DNA of 64,000 nucleotides from Strigamia acuminata (Eukaryota): NCBI GenBank assembly GCA_949358305.1, contig OX442314.1, positions 310,001 to 374,000 of the forward strand, read 5' to 3'. Shown piece by piece: positions 44,569 to 58,278 of this stretch (position 1 is its first letter; each line of letters starts with the position of its first letter). The notes under the pieces were generated by a model. It saw only the letters and a program-made list of their open reading frames with translations, ran no database searches and was not told where the DNA came from. The position numbers and the translations under genes were made by a program.

Positions 44569-45684
44569 GGGTTGTATTTATTGGCACACTATTTATTCTT
44601 TGTTTTTCACTAAAATTGATTTTCTTTCAAACTACTTTTCTCCGCACTATTTTTTCTAATTTCACACTACAGATTACCTAACGACACACTAAATTTTATT
44701 TTATTTTATTTTATTTTATTTGACACTATAAATTACTGTATTCCTCACTAAAATCAAAAATTATCTCAACAGTGCCTTTGTGGCTTTAGAAGGCCTACCC
44801 CGTTTTCTTTTTCCCCCGAGGGGAATGTTTTTGGCCTCTGGCGGGACTGCAAACAGTTTTTCTGTAATGGCTATACCCATGAGGTGTTTGCACACATATG
44901 TCTTAAGAAAAATTGGACAGGTGCAAGTTCCTTCGTCCCACTTCTTATCATCTATTGTCACGAGCTTTTTTTTTTGCTTTGCTGTTGGTTCTGTCAGACC
45001 GGAATCCCTAAGTTTGGAAAGAATTGTCTTGGGTTTAACGACACCATTTCGGTATAACTCACGTATTTTATCTTTTGACAATTGTGGTATGCCCCAAGTC
45101 GGGAGTGGCTCGTGCGTGTGCGTGTCGGTTGTGTAGTAGATTTCGCATTTATCGGAAGTTGGCGACAAGAAAACGTACTTCTTTGCGCTGCAATCATTCG
45201 AATGGCGGCAGTCATAAAAAAAATTTTCACCAATACTGGTTTGGTACCGCTTTCTCATTATCCATGTCTTCTTGCTTTTCTAAGCTTGTAAAGCTTCACC
45301 AGAATTCGCATAAGTTGTTAGCTTGTTCCATTCTAATCCTTCCTTTCGCCTTCGTTTTAGTGCAGGTTCAGTACAATCAACGTCGCTTTCAGACTCCGAA
45401 GATGAGAAGAGATCACGTGTAGTCATTGCTGCTTTAAAGTTAACAGTGTGAACCAGGCCTTTATATACTAGAAACTGCCTAAACGTTCATGAAACGTTAC
45501 TAAAATAGCACCTGAACGTTCATAAAACATTTCTACAACTGAAAAAACGTTTTTCGGTAGTAGTGACAAATAAAGAACATTTAGTGTAAAAATAAGTACA
45601 AATAGTGCCGAAAAAAGTAGTGCGGAAAACAATTAAAATTAGTGCGCAATTAAGAATAACTAGTGTGCAACTAATTTATGGCGT
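44569..45684 (-). mobile_element. Internally deleted MULE with SWIM finger and AT-hook
   Basis: Imperfect TIRs built of CACTA/TAGTG subrepeats; flanking TAAATTAA duplication. The ORF at 44761-45258 has CTCPIFLKTYVCKH and KRKRGRP but no DDE core. Confidence 0.75.
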
Positions 45685-46451
45685 TAAATTAATGACGACG
45701 ACGGAAAAGCAGAAGAAAAAGTCGCAGGATGTTTATATGGAATTACATGGAATTATATAGAATTATATGGAATTTATCGTTCACTTTTGTAAAATTTATT
45801 GACCTACAGTACAGTACCGGTACTGTAACGCATAATGCTGGTGGGTTCTTTTCTTTTTCCAGCCCAATATGCATTTTCTTACATTTTTGAACCAACATTT
45901 GAGTGACCTGAATGCACTTCCTGTCAAAGTGAACTTGTCTCGCCGTTCATTGGAGATTCCTTATCAATTTTATTTTCTACATTAATTATAAAAATATAAG
46001 TATTTACACAAAACGATTTTCTCGAGTTAGTTTATGTACAAACAAATAGATAATTTTATCAAATAACAACAGCAACGTTTTGGAGGCCCGTCAAAGGGGC
46101 CCCGGACATCCGGTGAACAATGTTAAACGTGGACACGACCATCCGTTTGCCGAGCGTCGCCACAAGATGGCCGCTGGTGGGTACTCGCCTCGTCAACATC
46201 GGCGGATCATTCGTTTCACCGATCATTCCTGTTTAATGAACGGAAAACGTTTTCTAAACACAATTAATAATTCTTTCGACAAGATTCTTGTTACCTGTCC
46301 ATCTCATCACGCCGGAAACGGAAGACACGAGTTGGCGCCGCATTGAGCGCATGCGCCGTACAAGCCTGTGCGGTTTTGAGTAATCTTTGTGTGAAATAAA
46401 GAAAAAGACGTTAAATTTAAAATGTTATTTTATTTCTCCATCTTTTGTTTG

Positions 46452-48554
46452 TTACAATTTCTTACCGAACAAAAAATCGCTCATGTGTTCATTGACGAGA
46501 TGAATGGCGTCTTGTTGCACCCAATGACTCGCTTTCGGGATCATTTTCACGGTGCAGTTTTCGACATATCGGGCCGACATTTCCGCCATTTTCGGATGTA
46601 AAGCGATGTCGGCATCGCCCCAGATCAATAAAACGGGCACGTCGAATATTTTGTCCTTGGTTGCTTTTCCGTTCGATTGGAATGTGTTAGGAGTGTTTGT
46701 GATGAGGATGTTGCGGTAGTAGTTGAGTGGAGGAGTGAATGCTCCTAACAAAATAAATCAATTTAGTACAGTTTATCCAAAAATATAACAAATTTGTTGA
46801 AATTAATCCAAAAATTGAATAATTTTGTTGAAATTAATCCAAAAATTGAATAAATTTGTTGAAATTAATCCAAAAATTGAATAAATTTGTTGAAATTAAT
46901 CCAAAAATTGAATAAATTTGTTGAAATTAATCCAAAAATTGAATAAATTTGTCGAAATTAATCCAAAAATTGAATAAATTTGTTGAAATTAATCCAAAAA
47001 TTGAATAAATTTGTTGAAATTAATCCAAAATTTGAATAAAAATTGTCGAAATTAATCCAAAAATTGAATAAATTTGTTAAAATTAATCCAAAAATTGAAT
47101 AAACTTGTTGAAATTAATCGAAAAATTGAATAAATTTGTTGATTTTTGTTGAAATTAATCGAAAAATTGAATAAACTTGTTGACCTTTGTTGAAATTGAT
47201 CCAAATACTTGACAAATTTATCAAAATTGATTTAAAAAACTTGACAAATTTATCAAAATTGATTTAAAAAACTTGACAAATTTATCAAAATTGATTTAAA
47301 AAACTTGACAAATTTATCAAAATTGATTCAAAAAACCTCAAACTTGATGAAATTTTTGAAGAAAATTAAAAAAAAAAACAAATTTGAATTGAAGTGAATT
47401 GAATTATCAATTTTACCAGGTTCATTAAACGTGTATTTGTAAGCTTCCATATCTTCCTCCGTAAATTCAGACAAATCCACGAACAATTTATCAATTATCG
47501 ACAAATCCTGCAACCGCAGATACTTCTCAGGAAGATACGGCAATTGAAACGCATAAACATACCTAAAATTAAAAAAATAAAACAAATTTGAATCAATTAG
47601 ATGAAATTATACAATTTTTCAATTTTTCATTTACCACGACATCAAAAATTGCTTAAAACTGCTGCTCAGATGCAATTTAAACGCAGTCGGATGCGGACAA
47701 TTCATAATGACGAGTTTATCAACCAAATCCGGGTCCTGGATCGTGAGTCGCCACGCCAAAGCTCCCCCCCAATCGTGCGCCACCAACACGCACGACGACT
47801 TTCCCAACCCGCAAATAATTTGCCGCAAATCGTCCACCAACTTGGCCGTCTCGTACGCCGATTTTCCGCTCGGTTTGTCCGAATCGCCGTAACCTCGTAA
47901 ATCGATAGCCACAACCCTGAAATTGTCACAAATTAATTAATCGACTAATTAATGAAATTAAATCTCCAATATTCCATTACCAATGCGTTTGCTTGAATTC
48001 CTTCATTTGGTGGCGCCACGAATACCAAAACTCCGGAAATCCGTGCACGAACAACATCAACGGTTTGTTTTTATCTCCGGCTTCGACGTAATGGATTTTC
48101 ACATCCTAAAAAAATCAAAAATCAAAAATCAATCAACACAAACAATATTATCGAATTTCAACAAAACAATCAAAAGATTATGAAATTGTACTTGAAAAAA
48201 TTAAAAAAAAAAAAAATTGATAATTCCTCTGCTTATCAAATCGTCTGAAGAACATTGAACGTCTAATTAATTAATTAATTAATTAATTAATTTTAAAAAA
48301 TCAAAACAATCTAATTTTTTAACTAAAAATCTTCTTTTTCTTTTACAAAGTACCTTTAATTTGATGAAGGAATGTGTTCCATGTTGCGGGTCCGTGAGAC
48401 ACGGTGGGGGAGTCGTTCGGGGTTTAACTCGGTATATTTGCTTGCCACGAATTATTGTTTTCAAGATGACCATTAGCACAATGCAGGCGGCATAGAACAA
48501 TGCGACGCCGTAGACGAATGCGAGGGTAAATAACTTGCTAGCTAGAGATGCCAT
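46452..48554 (-). CDS. EPHX4: Epoxide hydrolase 3/4-like alpha/beta hydrolase; exons 48554-48354, 48105-47981, 47916-47635, 47562-47417, 46744-46452
   Basis: N-terminal hydrophobic anchor, [50 protein letters not shown]. All introns are GT-AG and in phase. Confidence 0.9.
46780..47330. repeat. Intronic 31-bp then 32-bp tandem repeats
   Basis: TTGTTGAAATTAATCCAAAAATTGAATAAAT units, followed by TTGACAAATTTATCAAAATTGATTTAAAAAAC units. Confidence 0.93.
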
Positions 48555-49160
48555 TTTCGAAGTTATCAACTCGAGCGGTTTTGATTCCTGTGTAACTAAC
48601 CATCAAGTTTGAATTGTGCAAGTAATGTGCTTAACAAGTGCAAAGTACGACCGATGTCGTCAGCTGAGCAATGCGGAATTACGTATTGAAAATGCGCGCC
48701 TCCTCGCAGCTATCGCCCGCATCGTGCCAAGATAAAAATATAGCAAATGTTAAATTGTTTTTACACCCAAAATAAATTTGTCAAATAAATTTTTTGTTCA
48801 ACATTAATTTGTCACAATAAAAACTAAATTCTGTATAAATATAGAATTTATTTTTTATCAGGATGTTTTGTTTTCGGCATCTTGCAAGCTTTAGCGCTAA
48901 CTAAGGAGTGTCTGACTTTTAATTGAATAAAACACGAATTATAGTCTTTACATTTTAATTCGGACAACTTAAAAACAAAAAATTTATATTTAAATAAAAA
49001 TAAAATTCGAACTAACAATACATTTTAAAAGAAATTACAAAAAAATCCCAAGCAGTCAGACTGTTGCTAGACCCAAGCGGAAGCCGCCTTCCGTCTTCTG
49101 CTAGGTGAACTCTAGTAATGAATTAATTGGGCATGAGCACCGAAATTGGTGCTGATCAGA
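48555..49160. promoter_or_regulatory. Probable bidirectional promoter region
   Basis: About 600 bp between the divergent start codons; CGGAAG motif near 49078. Confidence 0.55.
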
Positions 49161-52100
49161 ATGTTTGGAATGCGTAAATTGTTTCGTTACACCTCTTTGG
49201 TAACTGGTGGAGCAATCACGCTCGAAGTTCTGCGCCGAAACGACTGGGACGTGCAACAAATCGGATTGGTGCGGTTCGCCCGAGCTGCGGTCACTGTAAA
49301 TTTCATTCACTGTAAAACAAAAATTAAAAACACCAAACAAAACTCGAAAACATCATTTTGTATTCAATTTAGGTCACGCAGATCGCCATCGACTACAAAC
49401 TCAGCTTGGTCATGGATCCGAATTCGGATGAATACAAAACCACAATGTCCGAAGTAAATAGAATTAAAAAATTAAAAAAATTAAATTAAAACTAAAATTC
49501 GTTCTAGGTTCATTGGAGATCAGCGAGAAAACTTCTGGATTTATGTTGTGCTAATGGCGGAGTTTTCATCAAAGTCGGACAGCACGTAGCCGCATTGGAA
49601 TATCTGTTACCGTACGAATACGTGACGACGATGAAAGTTTTGCACAGTTCTGCGCCGAAATCGGCTCTCAAAGACATTCTCAGGGTCATTCAAGAGGATT
49701 TAAACGAAAAAGTTGATGTTTTTTTTGTGTTTTCTTTGCGTTTTCTTCAATTTTGCATCGTTTTTCAGGCGGAAAATATCTTCGAGACGTTTGAACGTGA
49801 GCCGTTGGGCGCTGCGTCGTTGGCTCAAGTGCACAAAGCGACTCTGACGGATGGAACGGTGGTTGCCGTCAAAGTTCAGCATCCGCATGTTCTTAGCCAC
49901 GCTTTTGTTGATATTAAAACGATGGAGGTAAATTTAAATTGTTTGTTTTTCGTCTTAAAAACAGCAATTTGGACCAAAAATGCCATTTTTTGTGTGTGTG
50001 CATAAAAATGCTTTTATTTATTCCTAAAATACATTTATAATACATTTATAATATATTTATAAGAATTTTGTGCACAAAAAAAGCATTTTTCTACATAATA
50101 AGTCAATTTTTTTACCGAAATATATCATTTTAAAAAAAAAAATGATTAAAAAAGCTAATTTTTCACATAAAAATGATTAAAAAAGCTAATTTTTCACATA
50201 AAAATGATTAAAAGAGCTCATTTTTCACATAAAAATGATCAAAAAAAGCTCATTTTGCACTCAAAAATTCATTTTTATGTTTTCGTGAAAATTATTGATT
50301 CATTTTGCAAATTTATTTAAGAAGTATTATTTTTTTGTTGCAGTTATTAGTAAACATAGTATCTTACATCTTTCCCGAGTTCAGATTCATGTGGTTGGCC
50401 GACGAAACGAAGAAAAACTTGCCACTAGAACTACAATTTTTATTGGAAGGCAAAAATGCAGAAAACGTGGCGAAACGCTTCCACAAATACGAGTGGCTCA
50501 AAGTCAGTCCATTATTCAAACGAAAAAGTAAACAATTGCTACATTAATTATATTAAATGTATTGTAGATACCAAAAATCTATTGGCATTTATCAACAAAT
50601 CGAGTATTGACCATGGAATACTGCGAAGGTGGCCAGATCAATGACCACAACTACATGATCAACCATGACATCGACACCAATTTGGTACACACAATTTCCC
50701 CAAAATTTCACCAAAATTTCTCAAAAATTTCTCAAAAATTTCCCCAAAATTTCCCCCAAATTTCCCCAAATTTTCAAAATTTCCTCAAAATTTCCTCAAA
50801 ATTTTCCCAAAATTTCCCCAAATTTTCCCCAAATTTTCCCCAAAATGTAAAATTTAAAATTTCAGCTTTCGAAACGACTCGGGCTACTCTACAGCGACAT
50901 GATTTTCGTTGAAGGTTTTGTGCACTGCGATCCACATCCTGGCAACCTTTTAATAGAACCAACGACCAGGGGCCCCAGAATAATTCTACTCGACCATGGT
51001 CTATATTCAGTAAGTGGAATGCAGTCAATAAAAGGCTAAATCTATTTACAACTTGGTTCGATCGTTGTTTAGAACTTAACCGAAGACTTTCGGCTCAAGT
51101 ATTGCAATCTTTGGTTGGCCTTACTAAGTGCGAATGTGGAACGGATCAAACAAAGTGCCAGTGCTCTGGGAGTGGATAAATTGTACCCTCTTTTGGCAGC
51201 CATGGTAACTGCCAGGTCGTGGACATCCATCCAACAGGGGATCGAAAAGAAGAAACTCACAGCTGGCGAAGTATGTATTGCTATGAATATCGTTGCTATT
51301 ATACTTGAGTATAATGCCAGAAATTTAGAAATTTTGAAAAACACCGCTTGTGGTAATAGCGCAATCTGCCGGCTATTTGAAAAACCAATATAAAAGCCTT
51401 TTCCAAAAACGTAGTTTTTTCAATTTACTTGTTCTTTGCAAAAAAAAAAAAAAAAAAAACCTAGGTTTATAAGGCGTTAAGCCAGCGACAAACTGAGACC
51501 GGTTTCAGAATTTATCGAAACATTTTTAACATCGAAAAAAGCAGTTTTGGAGTCGGGTCGGACAATTTGGCATCCACTATAGTTTCAGTCGCTTACAGGT
51601 GACACTAACCTAGCAATACCGGAAGTTGAAACAAACAAACAAACATACACAAACATTCATGTCAAGTTAAATAAAAGCTATAGCTGCTACTTTTGCGGAA
51701 AATAAATGTTGTTTAAAATGTTTCCATACTTGTAGATAGGGCAAATTGAGCATTTTGACACCAAAAATTTTGCATTCTGAGGATTTTTTTGGTCCGCAAT
51801 TTCCACAATTGGGCCATTGTACCGCAATTTTACGGAAAATCCGCAACTGGGGTGTCTTGCAAAAATAATATTCATTTTTTGGACCAAAACTTTATCTTTT
51901 GGACCAAAATTTCATCTTTTGGAGTAAAATTTCATCTTTTGGACCAAAATTTCATCTTTTGGACCAAAATTTCATCTTTTGGACCAAAATTTCATCTTTT
52001 GGACCAAAATTTCATCTTTTGGACCAAAATTTCATCTTTTGGACCAAAATTTCATCTTTTGGACCAAAATTTCATCTTTTGGACCAAAATTTCATCTTTT

Positions 52101-53310
52101 GGACCAAAATTTCATCTTTTGGACCAAAATTTCATCTTTTGGACCAAAATTTCATCTTTTGGACCAAAATTTCATCTTTTGGACCAAAATTTCATCTTTT
52201 GGACCAAAATTTCATCTTTTGGACCAAAATTTCATCTTTTGGACCAAAATTTCATCTTTTGGACCAAAATTTCATCTTTTGGACCAAAATTTCATCTTTT
52301 GGACCAAAATTTCATCTTTTGGACCAAAATTTCATCTTTTGGACCAAAATTTCATCTTTTGGACTAAAATTTCATCTTTTGGACCAAAATTTCATCTTTT
52401 GGACCAAAATTTCATCTTTTGGACCAAAATTTCATCTTTTGGACCAAAATTTCATCTTTTGGACCAAAATTTCATCTTTGGACCAAAAATTCATTTTTAG
52501 GTTCAAAAAAACAAAAATTCAGTTTTCTGCCCATATCTCTGCAACAGTGCCAGACATGCAAATTCCAACCAGGTGAACCGATTTTTTGGGTCATTTTACG
52601 TCTAATCAGCACGTTTTTGGCACTTTTTCAATTTTGGCCATGTTAGCCATGTTAGCCATGTTAGTCTTTGAAAATTGCAATTTTCTTAAATTTTTTTAGT
52701 GCAAAAGATTTGAAGATTAGTCATTTTTAGACTAAATGAATGTTGCTCTATAAGTTTACAATTGGAAATTACTGTCTATCTGAGATAATTTTCAAATGAC
52801 CTTGACGGAACATCCCTAGGTCAAATTTTGGGTCACCAAAAGATTTCCCCACCTAGCTTTAGTACTTTGTCATCATTAGATTAGATGCATTGTCAGCACT
52901 TTCAGAAATATTTAGTGAAGTGACAGACTTTTCTTCACCCTGTATAACTTAAATAGTGATTTTCTGATTACCTTCTCTAGAGCAATGACATCCAGAAAAG
53001 TGTCGCCAAGTTCTTCCCTAACATCACCCAAGTGCTGGATTCGGTGCCCCGAGAGATGATTCTTATTTTCAAAACCAACGATCTCTTGCGGGGTATCGAG
53101 TTTTCGCTGAAAAGAACTCCGGGAACGACGTTTGTTCCCATGACACAGGTCTGCCTCAAGGCATCCTTCATAAGGGAACTTAAATCGTGTGATTCCGCTT
53201 ACTGCCGTCTAAAAGTCTCTAGTGTTTACATGTGGACTCAAATTAGACTCACTTTCTATAACATTTTCCTTCAAGTTTGGAATTATTTTCATCATGCGGA
53301 TGTATTATAG
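49161..53310 (+). CDS. ADCK1: aarF domain-containing kinase 1; exons 49161-49295, 49373-49453, 49508-49711, 49769-49927, 50344-50502, 50568-50684, 50866-51009, 51073-51270, 52981-53310
   Basis: NGGVFIKVGQH (KxGQ), AASLAQVHKA, VAVKVQHP, LPLELQF..EG, VHCDPHPGN, LLDHGLY, VTARSW, KTNDLLRGIE; GT-AG introns. Confidence 0.93.
51881..52490. repeat. 20-bp tandem repeat (GGACCAAAATTTCATCTTTT)n, ~30 near-perfect copies, in the last ADCK1 intron
   Basis: Directly visible. Confidence 0.98.
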
Positions 53311-53662
53311 CAAAAAATAAAAGTTAAATTATTTAGACATTATTCAATTTGGTTTTGCCATTTTTTTGCTTGAAATTTGTTGTGAGTCTTCGGACGGACC
53401 CCATGTGGTCAGAGGAGGGCCGCCAGGCGCTGGATGCAACACGTAATGGAGTGTTCTTCACTCCAATGCAAGTCATATGTAATTTATTAATTTGTGACAC
53501 TGCCTTTCTGAGCGCCACCTATATGTTACTTTGAATAAACTAGTCTGTTATGTAAATCTCAACAACACCAACGGTCACGTTATTTTACATGCTCCATTAC
53601 AGTTTCAAATACTTAGTCAAGACAGACTACGTACCATAAAAATTACCCACGAAATACAAGAG

Positions 53663-54001
53663 GGATGCGATTTAAACACCTCCCATCTTTGACTCATTTT
53701 ATCCCCATTAATGATTTTACTTTTCCCCGCTCATAATCTTTGCCCCAATTAAAGTATTTTACTGCTCTAACCTAACCTAACCTAACCTAACCTAACCTAA
53801 CCTAACCTAACCTAAAAGTTAACCTCATTTATTAATTTTTAGGAAAAAAAGAATTACATTGATTTTTCCACTTCTTTAATTTTTTTGACCCACCATGGCT
53901 ATGGGAAGGTTAATTGGGGGGTTTTGAGTGGGGGGAATTAAAATCATTTTTGGGGAATTAATGAGCAAAAAATGGGGGGGGGGGAGAAATAATTTGTCGC
54001 C
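53663..54001. mobile_element. Mutator-type MITE containing a (CCTAA)n telomere-like tract
   Basis: 9-bp TSD ATACAAGAG; long imperfect TIRs; about 9 CTAAC units at 53767-53815. Confidence 0.85.
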
Positions 54002-55801
54002 ATACAAGAGACACAATTATATTATTAGTATAATGGCTTTATTGTTGACTAGGGGATTTATGGTGTTTCTAGTATATTTCCCAATGCGACGGCTGGATGG
54101 CAGCCATCCTTAATCACAATAATCAGACTGCCTGACACATGTGGTCGGTATTGCTGTTTCTGTGATGCCATCATAACGTTCACGAAGAATATACGATGGA
54201 TGCGGCCAACATGAATGCTCAGGTTCCAGTGGGTGACAGATTCGCCAAGCCGATCGTTTGGGCCGCCAGAGCAGCCATTTGGAGAGATGGTCGGAATGCG
54301 ACTACCGGTATTTACCTTGCTGGTTGCTAGAACAACTCTCTGGGCATTAAGGGGCCAACCACTTCTGGGGACATAACTTATTTGTGAAATCTAGGGCCCG
54401 CAGCTCCACCTGGTTGCGGGGGACCACAACAGGCGCATGAGAGGTGCGAGAGCTGCACCAAGTGCATTGCGCTGCAGGTAAGTGATCAGCGTGCAGGGGC
54501 AGCTGGTCATATTGTTAATTGTTACTTATTACTTCACTTGGTACTTACTTGGTACAGTATTTCGAAGCGATAAAAATATTTATTTCTGAAAACCCAATCT
54601 ATGATTTAATCTAGATTTAATTGTAGATATGACACCTCTTGTGTGCCTGATTGCAAAACCAAACGAAACATCTGGAAAACCCTTCATCCTGTAAGGGAGG
54701 CTTGACTGCATAACGTTTGAACAATATACAAGCATTTGCTCTTTATTGTTTATCTTTCTGAAACTTTTTATTAATACACTGAATTAGGCAAATACAACAA
54801 AAGGATATTAAGCATTAAGGAAAAGCACCAATAGACCTTTGGCAAAATGAGGTCAGGTGATAAGATTATGTGATCATAACAATGCTGCAACTGGTGGGGG
54901 GGGCAAATTGCCAAACTTTAGCATTAGTTTAAGTTATATGAATTTCTTACTAATTTGCACTTTTCCTACATTTTCCTGTATTTTAAAACAGTTGTATGAG
55001 AAAAAACATGCACAATGCAATTGCAAAATATGTCACATTATTGTGGGCGGAGCCAAAGGGCATTACATCATGATTTTCCAAAGGTCTATTAGATGGTGGA
55101 AGAAAAAAATAATCAATTTTTGGGCTGAAAAATGGCGAAAATAGGCTGAAAATGCCATTTCACATTTTTGGTCTAAAAAATGCTGTTCTGGGCCGAGAAA
55201 TGTCGTTTTTGGCCAGAAAAATGCCATTTCAGGGCAACCAACAACTCGATGTTGTGAAAAGTTGCAATTTGTCATAAAATCAGCACGGCTTCGGCTTCCC
55301 AGTAGTTGATTAAAAATTGGTATTGAAAAGCTACATACTGTATATTTAAGAAAATAAAATAAAAATTAAGCCTTCCTGGGTTTATTGTATAAATGTCTAC
55401 AAGATTGTAGGCTTTAGGATTGTGTTGGCCTTTTTCAAGGTCATCATTTTCTAATTTTGCAACCACAAAAGACAAAACAAATTATTAAATTTTAAATTTT
55501 TTTATTGTATGAAAATTAATTTCAAGGATATCTTAATCATCACTGCCCAATAATATACATATATATCATAACATATCATTTCAGTTTCAAGATTAGGCTA
55601 CAGATAATGTTGATAATACAATTCATCCAGAATTTGCATTGTGAACCAGAAATTTATTGTTTCAATGTGCTGAAGAGAGATAAAATTGTTCTAAGTATAC
55701 GTGTTATTGGCCCAAGTAAATATCCATATACATGTACTGCACATTTTGTGGCATACATAACGTTGTTTCTCTTTGTTTGCTGCTGTTTATCATATTTCAG
55801 A

Positions 55802-57595
55802 ATGTTGAACTTGAATTGTCATTTTCTTCTTGTCTTGACTGTTTTTACATTCACCACAACTATAGCTGAAGAGCAGGTAAGTTCATTTCACTTTCATACA
55901 TACCTGTAAATTGTAATTATACATACCACTGTATTTCTTATTTGTTTTAAGATTTGTAATGTAGAAGATAAGACCGTCGATGTAGTATGTAAACTTTTGG
56001 GCAATGCATTTACTCAAGACAATGGCAAAGTATATTTCAAACTAAAAAGTCTAATTAAACTAATTAAACATTTTTGGGGGGTTAATAATTTGTCGCCAAT
56101 GAATCGTACAGGTTTAAGCACATTAGGAAGTTACATTGTATTGGTAACGATATAATGTATAAAGCATCATGCAGCTTCCATATTTTCCCCTAGCAACGGT
56201 TGGCCAGGTAATCAACAATAAAGGATTTTCACTTCTGTTAGTGAAGTGAAAAAAAAAGAATGAGGTTTAGGCACAAACCTTGGCTTTGTGACCAGCTGCC
56301 CCCACAGTCTGTGTCACTTTCGCTGCAACACACGGCGCTTCCACAGCTCTCGCGCACCTCGTGTGTTTCTCGTGCGAACCTGGCGCGGTCTCCTGCACCA
56401 GGTGGAGCTGTTGGTCGTTGGCTTTGCCAATTGGGAACCGGAAGTGCCCCTTCCGGAAGTGGTGGACCCAACAGTAAGGAAGTCAGTTGTTTTCTGGATC
56501 AGCATGGCAAACGGTCGTTCTCCAACCTTCTTCCCATGCCTGATGGCAAGAGAGACTCTAACGATTGGCGCGGCTATGCTGTCGCCCGTTGGGACCTGAG
56601 CGTCCAATACGGCGTGTTTGTCGCATGTTCCTAAGAACGTTGCGACGACGCGGTACAAACTGCATTCACCGATCTCACGTGTCATGGCGATCTCAAAATT
56701 GCCGTGACGCGTGGTCAAATCAGGAATGGCGGCAAGGCCGCCATTACACTTGAGAAATACACCTTGAGACACCATATCATGCCCCTAGACAACAATAAAG
56801 CAATAACCAAAACCTAAACTTGCGTCTTTTGTGTATTTCGTGGGATTTATCATCGTGTGTGTTGCGTCTAGCGCCTCGTGGCTCTCCCCTGACCATGTGG
56901 CGTCTGTCCGAACACTCACAGCTTGTTATTTTGCATCCGGACAAGAAAGATACAAAAGGAACACAACTCACTTATTAATTCATAAAATGATTAAAACTAT
57001 TGCACTTATTGCAGATTAGCAAATATGTCTGTGGATGTGTAACCGCCTTCGTGAAAAGAAATGTAATTACCAGCAAGAAAATCTTGTCTAAACATGTCAT
57101 GCAAACTTCATTTTTAATTTTAATTCAGATTATCTATTGCGATGCAAAAGATTACGACTTTTCGCCTGCACCGATGTGTGCAGAACTATTTCAATCCGTA
57201 AGTTCAACTATCTTTAATTGAACGATTTCTCTTGAGCAACAATTTTGGTATTTAATTAGAAAGAGTTTGAGAAAGTGGTTAGCAGCAACAACTCGCTTTT
57301 CTACAATTTCTTTGTGGATGTTCTATTCAAAAAGGTGTTTAAAGTTTGCGATGAAGAAAATGAAGACAAGATAATAACAGCTGCAAGAGCCATTATTGAA
57401 CCAGGAACAATTTCAAAAGTCATAGGTAGTAAATGCCACATGTTTATCCTAATCTACGTTATTATGTAGTTACTAGTTTATTTATTTTTTATCTCAGAGG
57501 GCACGGTAGAAAAGTCTTTTGCATCTAAAACAGCAGAGATGCTTGTGAATTGTTACAAGCAAGTTGTGCAGTTGGCTGCGGAGTCCAAAAATTAA
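55802..57595 (+). CDS. Small secreted Cys-rich protein, copy 1 (177 aa); exons 55802-55876, 55952-56029, 57015-57062, 57129-57197, 57260-57425, 57498-57595
   Basis: Signal peptide MLNLNCHFLLVLTVFTFTTTIA; GT-AG introns; 8 mature Cys; exon structure conserved in the paralog at 62641; AATAAA ~50 bp after the stop. Confidence 0.8.
56287..56920 (+). mobile_element. Solo LTR in intron 2 of copy 1
   Basis: TGTGA...TCACA ends; 4-bp TSD GCTT; the empty site is visible in the paralog at ~63530. Confidence 0.88.
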
Positions 57596-57720
57596 ATTTT
57601 GTTTGATTAAAATGCTTGATATTTTAGCTTTGTGCATGCAGAAATAAAATCAAGAATAGATTGTGTGACAAAGCCTTTTTACTTTCATTCACAATTTTAA
57701 AGTTACTTCCGGTATACAGT

Positions 57721-58278
57721 AGGTGCATTCAATATCAATAAGGAGAAGTGACTTCTCCTTAAGTTGAAAAAATAAGTCATTTGAAAGAAGTGACTTATGT
57801 TTGAACGCGCTTATTATTAAACTTAAGTGTTTGACTTCTGTCAAGAAGCATGCGGCCGCAACAATGTCAATCTCGCATTCGTAAAAAAAAAATATGTGCT
57901 CTAAAATTCTAAAAACCACATGCATCTCTTTTTCTTGTGTTAATTAGAAGTTCATGTGGTTTTTAGAATTTTAGAGCACATATTTATTTTGTTTTAGGCA
58001 AAAAAAATCCTTTCGGCAATGAGCGAATAAGATCGGAAAAGATGGCGGCCAAAAATTTCCAAAACGAGGCGAAACCAGGCGATATGCGCATGCGCATCAT
58101 TATTTAAGTCACTTATTGTTAAGAAGAAGTAACTATTTTCTCACTTCTCCTTCTTTCACTTATTTGACTTCTTTCAAAACGACTTATCAGAGATATGACA
58201 CAAAAGTCGTCATATCCGGTTGTGAGAAGTCAAATAAGTGAAAGAAGTCACTTCTCCTTATTGATATTGAATGCACCT
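57721..58278. mobile_element. MITE with 3-bp TSD (PIF/Harbinger-like)
   Basis: 36-bp TIR AGGTGCATTCAATATCAATAAGGAGAAGTGACTTCT; AGT on both flanks; internal inverted repeat at ~57890-57985. Confidence 0.8.

Noticed and set aside
46080..46360. Promoter-like motifs (GCGCATGCGC, CCGGAA) and a possible tiny minus-strand exon and intron
   Set aside because: The putative intron is only ~41 nt and no convincing coding sequence follows.
51789..52576. Long repetitive ORFs and a CRISPR-like appearance
   Set aside because: A pure 20-bp tandem repeat with no spacers, inside an ADCK1 intron; the ORFs arise from a stop-free unit.
53767..53815. Chromosome end
   Set aside because: A short interstitial tract inside a TSD-bounded MITE.
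54080..54520. GC-richer block resembling a retroelement fragment
   Set aside because: No recognisable motif, termini or TSD.
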